64,000 nucleotides of DNA, from the NCBI GenBank assembly GCA_964355105.1, contig CAYHCO010000003.1, positions 5,577 to 69,576 on the forward strand. Reading direction: 5' to 3'. This document shows, piece after piece, positions 60,350-64,000 of the stretch. The DNA is from an uncultured Porphyromonadaceae bacterium (GTDB lineage: Bacteria > Bacteroidota > Bacteroidia > Bacteroidales > UBA12481). Each line of letters begins with the position of its first letter. The stretch's first letter is position 1. The notes beneath the pieces were generated by a model. The model searched no databases, was not told the DNA's origin, and saw only the letters and a list, made by a program, of their open reading frames with translations. Both the position numbers and the translations under genes were made by a program.

Positions 60350-61027
60350 ATGAAAAACATAAGTTTAAAAACCGCCGGTTTGGTGACCGCTTTGTTCTTT
60401 TTAACCGGAATGATGACGGTAACCATAGCCCAGCAGGGTCATATGAGGTTTCGGGGCGGAGCAGGCGAAGGGAGCACAGGTCGCGGTGAAATGCTCAAGC
60501 TGACCGAAGATCAGAAAAAGCAGATGCCGGAACTCAAAGCCAGGTTCCAGGAAGAATCAACCAGGATCAAAAATCTCATCCGGGAAAAACAGGCTCATGT
60601 TAAAACCCTGGTCGATACCGAAAACAGGGATCCAAAAGATCTCAATAAAACTATTGACGACCTTTCAGCGCTTAGGGGCGACCTGATGAAAAAGGCTATT
60701 GAACACCGTGATGCCGTTAAAAAAATCCTCACTCCCGAGCAGATGAAGATCTGGCAACGCGCAGCACACCAGCGCATGCAGGGAATGGCTCCGGGAATGG
60801 GTAGAGGCATGGGTAAAGGCATGGGCAGAGGCATGGGCAGAGGCATGGGACAAGCGCCCATGACCCGCAGCATGCATGTCACCAGCGAGAACGGAGTAGT
60901 TACGGTTGAATCAAGTTCGGATAATTTTCAGGGAAAAGTTATTTCAGTCGAAGGCCATCCGATGAAGGTTGACAAAAAATCGAAAAAGAAGATCGGGGAA
61001 CGAAAGATCGAGAAAGAAGATCGGTAG
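60350..61027 (+). CDS. Spy/CpxP-family periplasmic protein (LTxxQ motifs) with a (GMGR)n repeat
   Basis: Signal/TM. LKLTEDQKKQMPELKARFQEE and LTPEQMKIWQ (LTxxQ). MAPGMGRGMGKGMGRGMGRGMGQ low-complexity tract (12-bp period at 60794..60853). Confidence 0.6.
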   Translation: MKNISLKTAGLVTALFFLTGMMTVTIAQQGHMRFRGGAGEGSTGRGEMLKLTEDQKKQMPELKARFQEESTRIKNLIREKQAHVKTLVDTENRDPKDLNKTIDDLSALRGDLMKKAIEHRDAVKKILTPEQMKIWQRAAHQRMQGMAPGMGRGMGKGMGRGMGRGMGQAPMTRSMHVTSENGVVTVESSSDNFQGKVISVEGHPMKVDKKSKKKIGERKIEKEDR

Positions 61028-61135
61028 ACGGTAGACGAGACACGAAACGCGAGACACGAGACACGGAAGACTGAAGACTGCCAACTGAAGACTGCCGACT
61101 GCCGACTGCCGACTGCCGGCTGCCAACTGAAGACT
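61024..61135. repeat. heptanucleotide array, 16 units (6 CG-rich + 10 GAAGACT/GCCGACT-type), beginning with the TAG stop
   Basis: gtagacg gtagacg agacacg aaacgcg agacacg agacacg gaagact gaagact gccaact gaagact gccgact gccgact gccgact gccggct gccaact gaagact. Confidence 0.9.
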
Positions 61136-61161
61136 AAAAACCGGGCTGAAACCCGGTTTTT
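61136..61161 (+). terminator. rho-independent terminator
   Basis: aaaaaccggg-ctgaaa-cccggttttt. Confidence 0.75.
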
Positions 61162-61189
61162 CAATTATATTTGGTCAAATTAAATTTCG

Positions 61190-62947
61190 ATGCTGAAATT
61201 ATCCAACAAACTGATATTGTTGATTTTACTGGCGATTATACTGCCGGCAGAATTCAATTTTTCTGTTGCTCAGAATAAGGTTGCCAGGTTTAAAATCGCA
61301 GTCACAACAGATGTTCACGGTGCCTACTTCCCGAACGACTGGTATACGGGCAAACCCCTTCCAGGATCTTTGGCGCAGGTTTCAAGCTGGGCGCGTGAGC
61401 AGCGCAGCCTGAAAGGGACGACATTGGTCATGCTGGATAACGGCGACCTGATCCAGGGTGATCCCGCATCGTATTATTCGAATTTCGTGGATAACGGAAA
61501 ACCCAATATTGCCGCCCGGATACTGAATTTCATGGGTTATGAGGCTGCAACCGTGGGAAACCACGACCTGGAAGCCGGTCACCCCGTGTATGACAAACTG
61601 GCGAAGGAATTCAATTTCCCCTGGATGGCAGGCAATTCGGTTAAATCGGGCAGCGAGGATCCCTGGTTCAAGCCTTATACAATATTGAACCATTCAGGGG
61701 TGAAAATCGCTGTAATCGGAATCATCACTCCAAAAATCCCCGACTGGCTGCCTCCGGCATTATGGTCGGGAATGGAGTACCGGGATATGATCGTTTCGGC
61801 CGGGAAATGGATGGATTATGTTCGTTCCCGTGAAAAGCCCGACCTGGTAATCGGCCTCTTTCACAGCGGCGTGGATCCCACTTACGGTCAGCAGTTGGCC
61901 GACAAACCCCTGAATGAGAACGCTTCCCGACTGGTCGCAGAGCAAGTTGCGGGATTCGATATTGTTTTCACCGGACATGACCACCGCACCTGGGACCTCC
62001 GGGTTGCCGGCCCGCAAGGGGATTCGGTCCTCATCCTGGGATCAGAAAGCCGTGCCGCTGAAATTGCGGTTGCCGACATCATGATGGAGAAAAAAGGCAA
62101 CCGATGGGTTGCCACCGCCATATCCGGCACGCACCGGCAGATGAAAGGCTATTCCCCGGATCCTGAATTCATGAACACTTTCCGTGGGTATATCGATTCC
62201 GTGCAACAATATGTTGACCAGCCCGTTGGCACGATCTCGGAAACTTTGAAATCCGACGACACCTATTTCGGACCTTCGGAATTCACCGGGCTGATCCACC
62301 GGGCACAGCTCGACCTTACCGGAGCGGAAATCTCCTTCACCGCCCCCCTGTCGTTCCGGGCAACGATTCCGCAGGGACCGCTGACCGTGAAAGATCTTTT
62401 CCGCCTCTACCGGTTCGAAAACCAGCTGTACACCATCAGGCTCACGGGCGCCGAGATTCTCGGGTACCTGAACTATTCCTATTCCCTCTGGATGAAAACG
62501 ATGACCGGCCCGGATGACCTGATGATCAACATGGAACAGCAGCCCGACGGGACCTGGCGTTTGAAGAATGCCTATTACAATTTCGATTCTGCCGCAGGCA
62601 TCGACTATACCGTTGATCTCTCCAAGCCTGTCGGGAAAATGGTGACTATATCACAAATGTCTGACGGCAAGTCGTTCGACCCTGGAAAAACATACCTGGT
62701 TGCCGTGAATTCCTATCGCGGAAGCGGCGGTGGAAACCACCTGAGCCGCGGCGCCGGTCTCACGAAAGAAGAAGTGGCAAAAAGACTGGCCGGCTCCTCC
62801 GATATGGATTTCCGCTATCTGCTCACCGGTTGGATCCGCAAGCAGGGCACAATTCACCCCTACCGCCCCGCTAACTGGAAGACCGTTCCGGAGGCCTGGA
62901 CGGGTCCCGCGGCCCGGAGAGATGCTGATCGGCTGTTCGGCAAGTAA
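61190..62947 (+). CDS. bifunctional metallophosphatase/5'-nucleotidase (UshA/CpdB-like)
   Basis: FKIAVTTDVHGAYFP...MLDNGDLIQGDP...ATVGNHDLEAG...FTGHDH. C-terminal 5'-nucleotidase substrate-binding domain. Confidence 0.8.
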   Translation: MLKLSNKLILLILLAIILPAEFNFSVAQNKVARFKIAVTTDVHGAYFPNDWYTGKPLPGSLAQVSSWAREQRSLKGTTLVMLDNGDLIQGDPASYYSNFVDNGKPNIAARILNFMGYEAATVGNHDLEAGHPVYDKLAKEFNFPWMAGNSVKSGSEDPWFKPYTILNHSGVKIAVIGIITPKIPDWLPPALWSGMEYRDMIVSAGKWMDYVRSREKPDLVIGLFHSGVDPTYGQQLADKPLNENASRLVAEQVAGFDIVFTGHDHRTWDLRVAGPQGDSVLILGSESRAAEIAVADIMMEKKGNRWVATAISGTHRQMKGYSPDPEFMNTFRGYIDSVQQYVDQPVGTISETLKSDDTYFGPSEFTGLIHRAQLDLTGAEISFTAPLSFRATIPQGPLTVKDLFRLYRFENQLYTIRLTGAEILGYLNYSYSLWMKTMTGPDDLMINMEQQPDGTWRLKNAYYNFDSAAGIDYTVDLSKPVGKMVTISQMSDGKSFDPGKTYLVAVNSYRGSGGGNHLSRGAGLTKEEVAKRLAGSSDMDFRYLLTGWIRKQGTIHPYRPANWKTVPEAWTGPAARRDADRLFGK

Positions 62948-62974
62948 GGCGGAAGGCGGTGCGGGGGGAGACCT

Positions 62975-63037
62975 CCCCAGACTGAAGTCTGGGGCTATCC
63001 AGAGAGAACGAGGATAGCCCCGGGTTGAAACCCGGGG
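62975..63037 (+). repeat. three abutting GC-rich hairpins
   Basis: ccccagac-tgaa-gtctgggg (62975..62994). gctatcc-agagagaacga-ggatagc (62994..63018). ccccggg-ttgaaa-cccgggg (63018..63037). The first is the reverse-orientation twin of the hairpin inside the GT2 gene at 24401..24420. Confidence 0.85.
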
Positions 63038-63129
63038 CAGTTGAGAATATCGATAATTATAGACTTGGAATTATGATCCGAAAACCATAATTTCAGCGAT
63101 TCTCTGACTCAGACTAAAACCTATATTTT

Positions 63130-63813
63130 ATGACAAGTTTCCTGAACTCATCCATCGGGAAAAAGTTCCTGATGAGTTTATCAGGGTTATTCCTGATATC
63201 CTTCCTGTTAGTTCACCTGATTGTCAACAGCATGATCCTGTTTGACTCCACGGGTGTTCTTTTTAACAATGCGGCTCACTTCATGGCCACTAACCCGATA
63301 ATCAGGGTGGTGGAGCCGGTACTGGCTATCGGGTTTATCCTGCACATCATTTATGCCGGTATCCTGACCCTTAAAAACCAGTGGGCCCGACCGGTCGGCT
63401 ATGCGAAAGAGCAAGCCGCAAACAGCAGTACCTGGGCATCGCGCAACATGTTCGTTTTGGGATCGCTGGTATTGATTTTCCTGGTCATTCATGTGGCAGA
63501 TTTTTTCTGGAAGATAAGGTTTACCGGCAGCGACCTGTTGGAAGGCAGTGGCGTTGAGGGGGTAGAAAACACTTACAAGCTGGTGACCACCCTATTTATT
63601 GAGTGGTGGTGGATCGATGTGTTTTACGTTTTCGGGGCCATTATTCTGGGTCTTCACCTGACCCATGCATTCTGGGCCGCATTCCAAACGCTCGGTCTGA
63701 GTGACATACGCTGGCGCAAGCGCCTGAATGTGATTGGATGGGTTTATACCATCGTTGTTGCGGGAGGTTTCGCGATCATTCCGCTCTGGGTTAAAATTTC
63801 ATCCATGTTATAA
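63130..63813 (+). CDS. sdhC: succinate dehydrogenase/fumarate reductase cytochrome b subunit (b558 family)
   Basis: MTSFLNSSIGKKFLMSLSGLFLISFLLVHLIVNSMILFD... Five TM segments, typical of Bacteroidota FrdC/SdhC. Confidence 0.85.
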   Translation: MTSFLNSSIGKKFLMSLSGLFLISFLLVHLIVNSMILFDSTGVLFNNAAHFMATNPIIRVVEPVLAIGFILHIIYAGILTLKNQWARPVGYAKEQAANSSTWASRNMFVLGSLVLIFLVIHVADFFWKIRFTGSDLLEGSGVEGVENTYKLVTTLFIEWWWIDVFYVFGAIILGLHLTHAFWAAFQTLGLSDIRWRKRLNVIGWVYTIVVAGGFAIIPLWVKISSML

Positions 63814-63856
63814 ACCGTAAGTGAGAACCTTCGGGTCCTATCAACAAAAAATACCA

Positions 63857-63957
63857 TTATGAACCCCTCAAGTGTAAAGGCTCGCAAAATAACATGAAAC
63901 TAATTTGAGGGCTCCATGAGTACGAGCCAATTAACTTGAAACAATAAACTTTTGACG
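63857..63957 (+). repeat. copy B of the ~100-nt hairpin element abutting a start codon (sdhA)
   Basis: Aligns with the reverse complement of 13596..13697. It sits between the normally tightly linked sdhC and sdhA. Confidence 0.8.
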
Positions 63958-64000
63958 AATGAAACTCAACGCAAAAATACCAACGGGACCGCTTGCTGAA
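63958..64000 (+). CDS. sdhA: succinate dehydrogenase/fumarate reductase flavoprotein subunit, 5' fragment (runs off window)
   Basis: My translation MKLNAKIPTGPLAE matches the usual Bacteroidota FrdA/SdhA N-terminus (MKL.SKIP.GPLAEKW). It follows sdhC. Confidence 0.7.

Overview
This window looks like a chromosomal segment of a Bacteroidota-type genome. The evidence is T9SS C-terminal sorting domains, TAnnTTTG -7 promoter boxes, ribosomal protein THX, and the synteny blocks ftsX-DUF3098-uppP-truB-queA and rplM-rpsI-rpsB-tsf-pyrH-frr-dxs. I recognise about 56 protein genes and 2 tRNAs.

Housekeeping genes: queA, truB, uppP, ftsX, glyQS, nadB, trpS, rbfA, dusB, the ribosomal/translation block, dxs and sdhCA.

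Accessory blocks between them:
- An orphan TPR histidine kinase followed by two large T9SS-secreted proteases (C10 cysteine, M6 metallo).
- A nonulosonic (sialic/legionaminic-like) acid polysaccharide locus: flippase, neuD/B/C, CBS-nucleotidyltransferase, neuA, a sialyltransferase-like gene and a GT2.
- An M14 carboxypeptidase.
- Two paralogous lipoprotein+FISUMP pairs.
- YfhO-like and O-antigen-ligase-like membrane proteins.
- A LytTR response regulator followed by three paralogous T9SS cargo genes, two of them a near-identical tandem duplicate.
- Two small toxin-antitoxin cassettes (YafQ-type and HEPN/MNT), each next to a tRNA gene and bracketed by direct repeats.

I recognised no CRISPR array, cas gene, integrase, transposase, phage structural gene or rRNA.

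The most unusual content is repeat architecture that the genes do not explain:
1. A family of strictly 7-bp-periodic (heptanucleotide, CTGCC/GGCAG-core) arrays that abut stop codons at many gene ends and sometimes run into coding sequence.
2. Short GC-rich palindromes inserted in frame into two polysaccharide-locus genes.
3. A ~100-nt hairpin-containing element found immediately upstream of the start codons of two unrelated genes (queA and sdhA).
4. A conserved CCTGACAGG/CCTGTCAGG hairpin family.
5. A 920-bp tract of perfect identity inside otherwise diverged tandem paralogs.

All family assignments are by-eye motif recognition from the supplied translations and my own translation of unlisted frames. 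No searches or folding programs were run.
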